62,106 nt of DNA, filler included, from Choristocarpus tenellus KU-1152 (GCA_964200185.2; 14 parts of 14 records of this genome joined end to end with filler, not necessarily neighbours in it), one strand, 5' to 3'. Numbered from the whole stretch's first letter, positions 38,101-50,907 are shown. Notes: a model not told the origin generated them from the sequence alone. Made by a program: numbers and translations.

Positions 38101-40865
38101 CTTTGCAGCAATCTCAATTTTGAGATCTGACAGGGCCCCAGCAGCATTGCCAGCACCAAGAACTAGTTCCTCAGCTGTCTTCTGACCCAGACCCAGTTCG
38201 CTCCGCCCCAGCATGTCCTCCAGGTCCTGTGTTCGTGAGGCCTGCTGTGTCAGGCGTTGGATCTTTGCCTCTGACTCTGCCTTGAAGCTGCTGTGGGTCA
38301 TGGCACTCATCCTTGCTGCCTCTTCCATGGTGTGCTGCCAGAACAAGGAGACAAGGACACACACACCAACACGTACCAAGATGAGAAACAGGATAATCAA
38401 AGGGATTCAAGTTTGTGGCAGCATTTGGGGTTGTCGTCAACGGCATTTGGTATATTAGTTCCTCCTCTATGCTGTTCAGACCATCAACTGGCGATAAATC
38501 AATCATCGTAACAAGCTATAATATCTATTATGTATATGCTGATGAAATTTGAAGGTCAGACCCGCCCAATAACAAAACGGTGCCAACAGAAAATCCTGCT
38601 TCTTGGCATTCAGTGGAAATCAATCATCAGCATTCGGTGGGATTTCGACATGTCTGTACCCAAGTGACTGAAGATAAAGTGGACTTGGACTTCCACAACC
38701 CCTAAAATACCCTCACCTCGATGCAATCACTCAACGAACATTCACAAGGGTGCACACAACAGCCCACACGAGATGGATTGCAGAAGAAACAGATCCCGTA
38801 ACAGTGCATCAAAAGGTGTTTATCCGTAGTAGCTAGCAGATGGACAAAATATTATGCTGCAACATTGCATGCTATTGAAGAGCTTCGAGGCTCTGTTGCT
38901 ATGGCCACTTGACAGGTCTGTTGTCAATTCATACTACTCTTCTACTTTACATCTAAAGCCACTTGGGTAGACATGTGTATCACACTTCTTCAAAGCAAGA
39001 CTTTGCACGGGTCACGTGTCAATGCTTGCTGATGTGGGTTGGTGTACGTGCTTGTGTGGGTACTGAAAAGGTGCACCAAAATATTGTGGATGCTGGTGTT
39101 ACTGTGGCATTCAACAAAACCAAGGCTTGTGGGTGTCCTTGTGGGTTAGGCTATACATTGGAGTAACAATGCACTTCAATACCTATCCTGTATGTTGAAT
39201 GCATACTACATACTGTAGAACATGTAGGTGGGTTTATTATTGCTTGTTGGAAAAGAGGGGGGCTGGAGGAGGGCATGCATAGGTGCAAATGAGGATCCTC
39301 ACCAGCTTGTTCCTGGCTATGTTGAGGTCCTCATCCTTGCGCAGTACCTCCGCCACCAAATCGACCTTGGTCCTGCCATTCAGGAGGGACACAAATGCCT
39401 GCTCCTGCAACTGCTCTGGCAAAGGAATGCCTTCACAATAATTGCAACACCAAAGAACAGTCAATTGGGTATGGTGTTTGTAGACAAGTTGTGAGAATGG
39501 GAAGGGTAGGGTTAGGGGATGAGCATGAGAAACATAGGAAATAGAAGAAAAACAAACACCTCTTGCAGGAGGTGTGATCGAGCAGAGAGCACCAAATGGT
39601 ATTTATACATATCGAAAAGGAAGCATACAGCTTGCTATAGTGGTTGCACTTGCAATGGTCACTGCAGTGTCAATATATCAAGAGGTTTGGTCATGTGATC
39701 CATGTTGTTGTGTTTGCAACACCTGCAGTTGATTCAGCAGTGGCAAATGTGACGAAAGCAAAGCGTTACACAATTAGCAAAGCTTTCTGATATTTTGCAC
39801 TATGTCTGGGACCAGTATAGACATTCAGATTGCAGGTACCGAAAAGGCCAATTATCTTCTCGACTCGATTTTCCTCACCACTTGCCAATTCGCAGATGGC
39901 AACCCAGAAATGCAATGGTTGGTAGCAAATCGAGCCCTCAGTACAGGACAGACAGGGCTATCTCCACTTTTCGCTAGGGGTATTATTCTACTTGCGATGA
40001 GTCGAAGCCCACCACATCATTGCAAAGCGATTCACCGCAGTTAGTTAACACACGCACACACACACACCACAACAATCGTATTATAATACCAGACCGTACC
40101 AGTTCTTGCTCATGTCGTAGTCACCTAGCCACCATGGATCACCGATGCATCATTCGACGCTTGAAAAAAATACCAAGGATATACAAGAAACATAGCGAAC
40201 GATTTTCAAATAAAAATGTCACCATCCTCATCCTCGAGTCTCTCATTCACACCTATCTGTGCATTCAACAGAGCAACCTCGCCTTCCCTCTCCTTCTCCA
40301 CCGCCTCCCTGGCAGAGCGCTCAAGCTCCACTTGGGCATCTGCTTCCAGGGACCGAGCCTCTGCCGCCTCAGCTTTCGATGCTGTCTCAGCGGCTGTACG
40401 ACGAACCCGCAGCAAGTCCTTCCTCAGATTCCGCACCTCTGCTCTAGTGCGCCCTAGTTCCACCACGCGCTGTTCGAGTTTGGTGGAATGTTTCCCAGGA
40501 TGGAAAATCAACATAAAAGTGAAAGTGTTGGTGTGATAAAGGGTGCGCCCATCAGACGACGCGGGGAGGGAGATATTCTTCTCCCGAGATGATCATTCAA
40601 TGCTCGGCTGAACTGCGGTGGGTGGTTGACGTCTTCTCCTTGCGAGGCTCTACGACTTACTCACGCCGCTTCTCACCTCTTCCAGGAGATTTCTCAGTCT
40701 CTCCACCTCATCTTCCCGCTTCACGAGTCGATTGATACCCGACGGCATGGTGGGGCGCTCGTCATCATCTCCCAAACACCGCTTCAGGCTGAATCCAAAA
40801 CAACATATCCGTCGACGAGGACTTCTTGATGCCTCAACCACATCATTCGCCAATAGTGATGGCAT
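38101..40865 (-). CDS. Unknown coiled-coil protein, first four exons
   Basis: Exons 40865-40677, 40469-40253, 39415-39303 and 38334-38101 are GT-AG with phases 0, 1, 0; charged heptad-like sequence (EVERLRNLLEE|RVVELGRTRAEVRNLRKDL). Confidence 0.75.
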
Positions 40866-42623
40866 ATTCTTGAGTGCAGGACGACTTCTGACGAACCCCT
40901 GCCTATCAATACCACATTGTCACCCTCGCTTAGGGCGACTATGGCGTGAGCCAACTAGTTTTGGGATTAGTACTGAGGAGATGCAAAACCTTTTCGCTAT
41001 ACAACTTTCTATCTACATTGTCAACCTTCATCATTTCATGTGTTGGACATGAACAGGCGTATCTTATACGCCGAGATAGAGCCGACATATCCCCCCTACT
41101 ATACTCTACATACAAGTAATATCTATGTCAATCATTGATGGCTAGATTAGACCGACATCTCGTGGTTGATTGATCCGATTGATAATCAATCTCACATCCA
41201 TATATTTCTTCACTATGATATTGTTACTATCGGAGTATAGTTCGATGCATGATTCAGTAAATTTTTTCCGAGTCAAATTTCGGAGTTGTTGATCAAAGAT
41301 GTTAGGAGACGGCTACTCTCACACACCTTGACTGCCCGTCAGGGACGTTTGACCTTGTCTGACATCCTTCATCAAAATATCGCTACATCTATCTGAAATA
41401 TGAATATCGGAAGCATCGCTAATTGTTCACTCCTATTTTCTTCTTCTTATTATTATTATTATGCCCTCTGACATTTTCCAAATATATGTGTGTGTTAGGG
41501 GGGAAACGAATGAAAACTGGGGGAAACGAATGAAAACTATACACATTATTGATTGTTAATATAGATATGAAAGACACTAATCCATTTGCTACTTCGCCAC
41601 TATGTTGTTGTGGTATTGTTCACTACTATTGTTGAATCATTACCGCTTTGTGACCCCTTAGCTGACAAGTTGTACCTTCAACAACAATAATGAGTAAAAA
41701 AGTCGCCTCGATGTGTGTAGGTGTGGACATATACATGTGGATTGGCGGAGTGGTTAGTATCGTACCAGGATGCAACAAGATTTTGATAGGGTTTTCAAGT
41801 ACGTGGGAAAATGGCCTGCTACCTACCAATTCTGACCCAGAAAATCACTCTTTCAACCCACCAAGCCATTGAGAACCTCGACCGCCGACCCGTCACCTGA
41901 CATATATCTTGCGAAAAATGATGTGGAAAGGAGGGCTGTCTATTCTCGAAGAAACGTGGGGCTTTCTTCTTCACACAGATAGGTTAAGGGTTACGGCTAT
42001 CTGTTGGACCACCTTCCTTGTCTGTCCCCAATGTCCAATTTCATACTTCTTTGAACAAGTAAAAATAACTTGCTTAGAGGAGTGTGTGGCGTTATGATAT
42101 TTTCTGGTAGTAGTAGTGATCTAAGCAATTCGACAAATAAATAAGCACAACATGCCGTGGAAATACCTCTTTTGGAAGAAATGTAAAAGGTGGTCCATCC
42201 CGTTCCGTGCCCTATCTCCACATACTCTTTGGTTACTGAATTCTTGGTTGGGTGTGTCGTTTGTTACAGAAGAAGAACTGGAGGAAGATAGATCCACACG
42301 CAACCAACGCGACGAAGAAAAACGCTTTCTTCTTAACGAACAGCTTGTATGTATGAAGTAAATTAATCCTCATACACATGCATTTGTAACAATTACACAT
42401 TGGGCCCTTACGCTGTGTCCAAGATCAAATGTGATGAAATTGTGCACGGGCAGATTAGCTCGCTCCACCCTTCCAAAACGCCCATCTTGAAGGCATTGAA
42501 AACAACGGATAGCCTGTAAGCATCACAGCATGGAGGGCGTTCGTAACACAGTCGAGGCGTTTGCATTATTTGATGTTTGGAGTCTTGACTGCATCTATGC
42601 TCACTCCCTTAACAAATGAGAGG

Positions 42624-42655
<32 letters not shown>

Positions 42656-42863
42656 GCTGTAAGCCCCAGCGTGGGGTGGAGTGGCTAGAAGCTGTCATGG
42701 ACCAGTCCCTGTGGTTGAAGCGTGTATATTTGAATTGAATCCTCGAGACCTGACCATAGGATCGAGCGCGGCACTAGACTTGGCTGGGGAAGGCCAACAC
42801 CTGATGGTGGGAGCTTGCTGAAGCTTGGAGTGCACACAACCGGGCAGAAACAAGCGTAGGTAA

Positions 42864-44100
42864 TTGATTGACAGGGTCCAATATGTCAATGAACGACGGA
42901 GATGGACCTGGCGCAGCCTGGACGGGGTTGGGTTGGGTGAGACCGATTTGTCTAAATTGCAGATAGCGCAGCATATTCAACGTTCACGGGTTGAGAGACT
43001 TGGTGAAAAGGAGGTGAGTGAGTTTCTGACAACCCGACGCGAATACGAGATGAGCGTTAGGATGAAATAATGAAAAGGAGGTGTACAAATTGTATTCATG
43101 ACGCTGTCCGAGTCCTTAACCGTTGCTCGGAGACGAGCACTGGTGCGGGGCGAACTAAAAACAATTGGGGTGCAGCGACAGAGGAGAAATCCTTAAAGCG
43201 CTTAAGAAGGTGGCGAGAGTCGATGACGAATGCAGAACCTTCGACACTGGGCAAATCCAAAGAGATTTGCAGGGGGTGGCCCGGATGGGAAATGAAGGGT
43301 CAGACCGAAAGTATCTGACGAGGGGGGTGTACACCACCGGGGTATCCATTTGGACCAAAGTCAGGAAAAGTGTATTTACATTATCAATCCGACGTATGCA
43401 ACCAAATCACCCAAGAATGGCGATAGGGAAGAATTGACCCCAATTGGACAGCCGCCACCCCCTCCCCAGATACTTTGAGCCGTCAACCGCGGATAGGGTC
43501 ATGGGTGTGATCCAGGACATGGAAAGGTATGTGGAAGATAATAAATAATCTGGATGGTGATTTCCGAAATAGTGCTGGACAAGTAGGGGAGACTTGGAAT
43601 GCAGGACCGGGAAAGGTCCTCTCAGAGGCCTTTATTGCAGGACTTGAACCCCCTGCGCTTAAGGCTGAAGTAGCTAAGTGTGTGGGTTGGGATCCTGAGC
43701 TAAAAAAGGACCCAGACGAGATCTTTGAGCTGGTAGAGGAGGAAGCCGAAAATTGGAGAATGTATGAGAGGGCCCGGGATTACGAAACGAAAAACGAACC
43801 AAGCAAGGCGAACCTGGTGATAAACACCAAGAGGGGAAAGCCTAAGTTTGGGGAGGCGAATGGCAAGCCAGGGGAAGGCACACCTGGTAGTGGACTGAGT
43901 GTGAGGAAGAACAAGTTCCAAGGGACTTGTGATGCATGTGAGAAAGTTGGGCATAAACGTGCTCAATGCCGAAGCTTGCTGGTTGGAGTCCGGAAGGAGC
44001 AGCAGCAGCAGCAGCAGCAGAGGCACCCACAGCATGGTGGTAGAGGTACAGACCCTGGGAGTGTTGTTTTGTTACACAGATCCCTCAGGTGGAGCTGAAT
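42864..44100 (+). mobile_element. Decayed LTR-retrotransposon (Gypsy-type) gag with CCHC zinc knuckle
   Basis: CDACEKVGHKRAQC (CX2CX4HX4C) at ~43928-43969 after a helical gag-like region; stops, frameshifts and a MITE insertion. Confidence 0.8.
43307..43477. mobile_element. MITE family B, full-length 171-bp copy inserted in gag
   Basis: Ends GAAAGTATCTG...CAGATACTTTG, subterminal inverted TCCATTTGG/CCAATTGGA; homologues at 10145, 11075, 55313 and 55518. Confidence 0.88.
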
Positions 44101-44562
44101 GGAGGCGTTGGCAATGGAAAATATGAACCATGAGCCGCTGGGATTCCTGAGTAGTTCTTTGCTGTGATCACAGCTACACTGGGCCAGGGTGAACAAGGTG
44201 GCGGTTCAAGCCGTAGCCATGTCTACGGAGGTGCAGGGAGATGACACCCTGCCATGGAGAGCAGTGGTGCATGAGGCACAAGAGGTGGCCAGAAAGGCCC
44301 TAGGGGGTGTGATGGTGAATGAAAGTGCAGGATTTATGACCTCACTGGCCATGTGCATGATGAGCAGGATGGCATGATGCAGGTGGGTGCTGAGGTTACA
44401 GCCCCACCGTGGATACCTGATAAGGCAAAGGATCTGTGGACACGCCTGATGGTGTGTGCACANNNNNNNNNNNNNNNNNNNNNNNNNNNNNNNNNNNNNN
44501 NNNNNNTTAATTAATTAANNNNNNNNNNNNNNNNNNNNNNNNNNNNNNNNNNNNNNNNNNNN

Positions 44563-44662
44563 GATGAGCTCAAATGACGTGTTTGGCGCGCTCAATTGTA
44601 TCCGACCGCGCGTCTTATACATAAGGTGTGTGTCGGAGATCCCAAAAAGGAACCTGTCCCTG
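44563..44662. mobile_element. Family C repeat end (hAT-like CAGGGACAGG terminus)
   Basis: Matches 16364-16432. Confidence 0.7.
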
Positions 44663-46777
44663 GCAATGTTGTCGTTATCGAAACATAAATATGTGGTGAT
44701 ACCTGTTGCGTTGATGTATGGGACAGACTGAAAGCCTGAGGCTGAATTACTGTCTCCCGACGACTTCGTCACGCCACGCTCGTCTCTCTTCTAGGTGTAC
44801 TCTGCTTTGCTCCACCTGGAGGAGGCTCGGACCGCTTTCTTCGTTTGAAGGCAGAAGGATCGCTAACAGCTCAGGAGAATGGTGCTATCAAAGGGCACAA
44901 AAAGGTGAATACTTTGTAACATGGTTTTGTACGCCTTTCCGCTCGATCCGCCGTCTGTAGTACGAGCACCTAACCGAACTCTAGAGAGCTGGGGGTATTG
45001 TGCCACTCCTCTGGATCAATCAACCTTCCGCTTCACCCCCAGTGCCGAAAGAGGTACACTCTCCCCTTTCGTACACCTTTCCATGGGGTGCAGTAAAGAA
45101 CATAATAGCAAACCCCCTTGCAGCCTTTCATTTCCCGGCATTTAAACAATCGTCATCTTCGCATTTGTTTTCCCTCTAAACCTAACCTCCACCGACAATC
45201 ATCGAGGTGCAATCAATACTACCACGCCTGTCTAAACATAGGACCTTCCTTCGTAGCCGCGGGCGTCGGCTCTGTTAGAAAAACAATGGAGCCCTACGAC
45301 AACTTTTTGCCCCCCCCTAAATCTAACATAGCCCACCTCAGTGGCTCTGGGTAGCACCGGATTTGAAGCCCTGTCGTGCTGATATCATGTACTCTCAATA
45401 ATGCACCCTTTTTCGTGGCATGGTTTTCTCACCCACTCGCCACCTGATCCAACCATCAAGCGGTGTGGAAACATTTTATTTGCCCAACCTGGATAACGTT
45501 CCAGTCCGAGATGAATCGAACTAAGTTCGGAATATAAGCCAGCACCCTTGCACCACGCCACGTTCGTATGTTTATGGTCCGAGGTCTATCTGGCGTGGGT
45601 AGCTATGTTTTTGCAGTATCGTTCGCGAATCGCACTCTTTCACATTCCACATGATGAAGAGGTAGGTAGTTTTTTTTAGCTCTGCAGTGTGTACAGACTC
45701 ATCCTCCTTCATACCTCTTGCAAAACGATAAATTCTGGCGATCGGTTTGTGCGCTTGTGAGTGCGCAGTTTGTTTTCCTTGTCTGTGTAGTTATGGTGTG
45801 AAAGGCCATGTCCTCTCCCCTTCCCCCCCCCCATCATCAGTCGCAATTGTGGTCATACATATGCTGGTGGTCCTGAATGAAAAATTCTTACTTTCTTTTA
45901 CCCATAACACATACTTTGATGTCACATTCCTCTGTACTGTACTTGTACCCCTTTCCTTCTCCGGCCTTATCAACATTTCATCATCCACGTAAAACCAAAG
46001 GTCAGGGGTTAACCTGTGTGAGGCAAAGAAGCATTTTTTTTAGCATGCACAGCCTCCAGTCCTCATCAAATCTGTATACATAGCGTTGTCGTGTCCCTTC
46101 CTCCGAACAACTATGTAACAATGTCCGGTAAGAGTGCCTATGGCTGGCCTCTCATTGCCCTTCACAATACAGATCTGCATTGCCGTACATTGCCTCCCTT
46201 CCAATCGCATCGGCCTGCGACCTGCTTTGAGTAAGTGCAGCGCTTGAAAAAGTTGATAGCCTTCACAATGTATAGTAATCGACCATCCACCACTTGGTCA
46301 GGCACATTTCTTTGAGTCAATGCGATTTTTTTTTTCCCAGTCATACGTGCACAAATACCAATGACGAAGCACACCCTTGCCTTGATAAATTGTTCCCTAT
46401 GTCTACCTCAGAAAAAGGGGAGTTTGAAGACCTACTCATGGAGGTTTGGAAATGGAATAAAGAGAGTACAGCAAACTTGAGTTTTGTAACCAACATCAGC
46501 ACATTCGTATTTCAAACATTATGTCATCGCCGCTTTGAACTCCCTGTTTTTGTGATTCGCGCTACAAACGTGATTCCTACATTGTTATTGTTCTGTCCCT
46601 TTCCTCATTTTTCGCTTCGACCAGCCTTCACTCGTTGTCGACTTCATTATCGCCCTACAGGCTTCATTCGACCACCGATGCGTCCATCACTTTACCCTTC
46701 TCTGGGCGGTCAATCCTAATGCGGCCTTTGACCTACTCAAATAGAAGATGGCCTTCAGCCACCAGTTGAAGTAAAAG

Positions 46778-47257
46778 GTGAGCGCATTTCCAACCTTTCG
46801 GTCGCTTCCACCAACCTCAACAATAGCTTGTGTCGTCCACTCAGGGGTAAACTTTGTTCTTGATGATGCTGCTCAGCTTGTGGTAACTCTTATGACCCGT
46901 ATAGACCGGGATGCTCGCAAGATCATGATCGAATTTATTTACCTTGCCTTGCCAAGACCTCAAACCATTTCCTCCTCTCCATCCATTGACAGTTGTGGTC
47001 AACCCTGGGAAGAGTACTTTCGTCTCGTGTGCTGGGATGTTCTGGTGGGACAAAAAGGGGCCCAAATGTTGGGAGTAGACATGCCTCAAGATCATGACTG
47101 GTTCGACATCGTCCAAATGGCTGCAAATGTCTTCACACAGGAGGCTGGGGCTATACTGCCAACGGAAGCACTCTCTCTAGTCTACATCCCACCCAATGGG
47201 AGACAGGGCTCCTTCAATGACTTGGTGAGCATCACCTTAACTCCATTACGTCTATGA
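46778..47257 (+). CDS. Orphan 159-codon open frame, function unknown
   Basis: Stop-free frame with globular-protein-like composition and no recognised motif; start uncertain (GTG). Confidence 0.3.
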   Translation: MSAFPTFRSLPPTSTIACVVHSGVNFVLDDAAQLVVTLMTRIDRDARKIMIEFIYLALPRPQTISSSPSIDSCGQPWEEYFRLVCWDVLVGQKGAQMLGVDMPQDHDWFDIVQMAANVFTQEAGAILPTEALSLVYIPPNGRQGSFNDLVSITLTPLRL

Positions 47258-47269
47258 AATTAATCATAC

Positions 47270-48359
47270 TGGACTAAATTCACCATCAGGCTTCAAGACC
47301 AATAATTTGAAGTTTTAAAAATTCTTGTCTTGGAATGTATTAACAACCATCAGCCTTGGAGATAAAATAATAAAAAGATGAAGATATTGTTCTCCTTTGA
47401 GTAAGTTCATTGTAGATCTTAAAAGATTGAAAATATAAAGGCTTAACATGAATCGCCACCTTGAAGTAAGTTCACTATCAATCATAGAGACAGAAATTAT
47501 AGGGGATCAAAGAATTTTCATCTCCAACTAAATTCACAATCAGAGAAATGGAAAATTCAAGGATTGAAAATTTTTCGACCTTGACCTTTCAATTCACCAC
47601 CATTCTTACAGACTGAAAATGAAAAGGGAATATAAAATTAATTACTCACCATTAGTCAGAGAAAAAATTTAAAGGATTAAAAAAAAAATTCACCTTCGAC
47701 TGAATTCACCATCAGTCCGAGAGAATGAAAATGAAAATCATAAAGAAATTTTTTATCTTGGACTAAAGTCACAATGAGTCTTCGAGATGGGAATGTAAGG
47801 GATTATGAAATCGCTCACCTTTGAGTAAGTTCACTATCAGTCTTAGAGACAGAAAATATAAAGGATAAAAAAATCAACTTACACCAAAGTCACCATCAGT
47901 CTGAAATACCAAAAAATGCCAAGGATGAAAAAATTGTTGGCAATTGACTAGTTTCACTTCCTGTCAAGTACTATCCGTCATAAAGATGAAATGTTCAATG
48001 GATGTTGAAGTTGTTTATCTTGGACTAAATTCACCATCATTGTTAGAGATCGAAAATGTTAAGGACGATAAATAATCGTTGACCTCAATGCAATTCGCCA
48101 TCATTCTTACAGACCGAATATGTAATGATTACAAAATTGTTCACCTTCAACTAAATTCACCATCAGTCTTAGAGATAGAAATGAAAAGAATGAAAAAAAA
48201 TGTTCACCTCAGACAAAGTTCACGATCAGTCCAAGAGATAGAAAAAGTAAACGACTACGAAATTGTTCACCCGGGACTAACTTCACTACGCAAAGACACC
48301 AAAAATGTACAGGACTTAGAAAGTTCTCACCTTGGAGTAAATTCACCATCAGTCACATC
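47270..48359. repeat. Degenerate ~63-bp tandem array, about 17-18 units
   Basis: Recurrent core (CACCT)TGGACTAAATTCACCATCAGTCTTAGAGA followed by an A-rich GAAAAT..AAGGAT..AAATTGTT segment; many indels. Confidence 0.9.
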
Positions 48360-48551
48360 TGTTGGGGGTGCAATATCATAGTTTCCATTTTTTATATCAT
48401 TTTGGATACTGTGTTTTCATAGGAAAGTTATCATCCTAAATTGAAAACACCCTCCTAATACGAACATTTCGCATGCTTCCAATTTCTTTTGGTAGGTCTC
48501 TACTGTCAAAAAGGTTATGGAAAGCCATGCCCCAAACTGACATGCTTGTGT

Positions 48552-49960
48552 GCAAGTGGCAATGCTGCCAGCCAAATTCCTGGAACCATGGGATGTACTC
48601 AAGATGGATCTGCAAGATGTAGGACACATCTCAGCAAAAGGCAACAACTATCTATTAATTGTGATAGGGCTTCAAGATTCCCTTTTGCATTCCTAATGGC
48701 GTCGAAGGAAGCAACTGGAGAAGCAACAAACGTGTTAGAATTATGTCTTACTTTTGGAATCCCTCCTGCACCACTACGAATTGACAGAGGGATTCCAAAT
48801 GTAAGACATAATTCTAACACGTTTGTCGCTACTCCAGTTGCTTCCTTTGACACCATGGGAGATGCAAAAGGGAATCTCGAAGCTCTATCAATCACAACTA
48901 ATAGATACTTGTTGCCTTTTGCTGAGATGTGTCCTACATCTTGCAGATCCATCTCGAGTACATCCCATGGTTCCAGGATTTTGGCTGGCAGCATTGCCAC
49001 TTGCGCGCTCCTGATCCTCTTTCGTCTGCAACAGCGACAGGATAAAACATAATCCTACTTGTCTATGTGGAGTGAGGACCAAAAGATGTATCGACGGGTT
49101 AGGGCCACTGTGCGTCCAACTCCCTCATGACTAGTCTGCAGGTGAACTAGTGCTATGTCTGACACTAATGAACAAGGAACTGCTAGCCTATGTCCATACT
49201 CCCCAGGGGTGTACCAGAGTAACTATTATTCATCTAAGGAAATGACTCCACATCTATACTCCCTTTTCCCCATTCGAGTGACAACTTCCAGTGTTTTTGG
49301 CCTTCAAGTACGCCTCGTATGCTGCCCAAGAAGGGGTCTTTCTTCTGCCTCTCCACTAGCTCTGGCATGTCCGATAGCGTAGCCATTGCTCTCGTGAGAG
49401 TGGGGTGGTGTTGAACCACCTCACTCATTCGAACTATCCCGTCACTGCCCTTCTTGTTCTTTGGTCTTGGTGTAATTGTGGACCTTTTCTTGTAAGGTAG
49501 CTTTTCTTCTACTGCTTTTCCTTTTATTTCTACCCTGTCTTCGAGGGTAGGGTCTAAAGGTTGCCAACCAAAAGTGTCAGAGGCATTAAGCGGGGGAAGG
49601 AGTTGCTGTGGGGTGCGTGTCGGGTCTACCTTAGGTGTTTTATCTGGGGTCATCTGACCAGAGGAAGGGGGTTTACACACTGGAATACTTTGATCCTTGG
49701 AACTACTGGGTGGTAACCAACCTCCAACACCTAAGTCTCGATTATCAGGTCCCATGCGGCAATCTTGCAGAGCTGACAGTATTCCTGAGAGTGCGGCATC
49801 AACTTGCGGCATCGAGGAAGCAACTAGAGTAGCAACAAATGTATTGGAATTATGTCTTGTATTTGGAATACCATTGTCAATTTGTAGTGGTGTAGGAGGT
49901 GAGTTCGCAGGAGACATAATGGATCACCTTTGCCGTTGGCTGAGAGTCCCTATCCATCAA
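48552..49960 (-). mobile_element. Rearranged Ty3/Gypsy integrase: minus-strand HHCC plus core start, flanked by two plus-strand core fragments
   Basis: Minus strand: VHLQTSHEGVGRT..W..DYVLSCRCC (HHCC), then PWDVLEMDL..KGNKYLLVVIDRASRF..FGIPLSIRS. Plus-strand copies at 48552-48765 and ~49806-49960 (FGIPLSICSGVGGEFAG). Confidence 0.9.
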
Positions 49961-50859
49961 CTAACCTGACCCTACACTCACGAACTGACCAAAAGTGGGA
50001 TGAAATTTATATGGAAATGCAATTTTGTTGGACTCCATTAATATTTGCGCAATACTCCTAGTATTGACTCACGTCTGTTTTTTTATATACGCTTGGTACA
50101 ATGAAACCAGGTCAAATGACTATGGTTCAATGTTGGGTCCATCCCCTTTTTCCTTGCGTCATAGTCTTACTGTGTTTCTGCCTCACTTAGTTAATGTGTA
50201 TCACTTAAGTTACTCCAACCCAAGTTAACATGTAAATTACGATGAAATCGCAACGAGAGGATCGATTCATTGTGACACCACACCACATCAGAGCGCTATA
50301 AATATATTCTGTTCAGTCTTACACAGCAATCCCTCCCATCTGTTTGCATCTTCTCAATGCATTTGTCATCTCATAGCACATAATAGTTCACAGTAACTAT
50401 ATCAAAAACTAACAAATTGCATACGTTGCCATCAAACCATCATGGCAATGCCATCCTCCAAGAAGATGGGAAATGATAATACTCTTGGCAATATCTCATA
50501 ACCCGTTTTTCTATGCAGTATAAAAAGGACTCTGCTCGCTCTTCGCGTGGTTGTCCTTGCACTGACCCACGCATTCTTACTGCGTTTGTGCTCTCGACGT
50601 TATCCTGCGTGAAAAAAATTGTTCAATAATCAAAACTCGGTCAAAGTGCCACCAATTCCAAATATAAATGCAAATTCATTAGACAGGTGTATCACGATCG
50701 CATGTACAAAACCACAAAAATGGACACTTGCAATCCACAACGATTGATACGATAACATAATCAAAAAGAAGCAACTCTGAAAGGTACACCTGTGAACCAA
50801 GGGTATCCACAGTCGCCAACTAAAATGCTTTCCAAAATGATATAAAAAATCGTAGCATC

Positions 50860-50907
50860 AGATTCTGGACCCCTTTTGGATGGGGCCTTACCCTCTTAGA
50901 TACTTTG
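50860..50907. mobile_element. Isolated family-A-like terminal repeat
   Basis: TACCCTCTTAGATACTTTG matches family A ends; internal sequence differs and no partner end was found. Confidence 0.5.

Noticed and set aside
41499-41538. 20-bp tandem duplication; similar two-copy duplications at ~231-275 and ~469-529
   Set aside because: Ordinary local slippage duplications with no further structure.
45290-45345. Methyltransferase motif I (LDLGGGK) on the minus strand
   Set aside because: It arises from a G homopolymer, is followed by stops, and no other motifs support it.
47270-48359. CRISPR array (conserved ~30 nt plus variable ~30 nt)
   Set aside because: The variable halves are homologous to each other and A-rich, the repeats are too divergent, no cas genes are present, and the context is eukaryotic.
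48489-49052. Intact 187-aa or 133-aa genes
   Set aside because: These are chimeric frames reading through the integrase fold-back.
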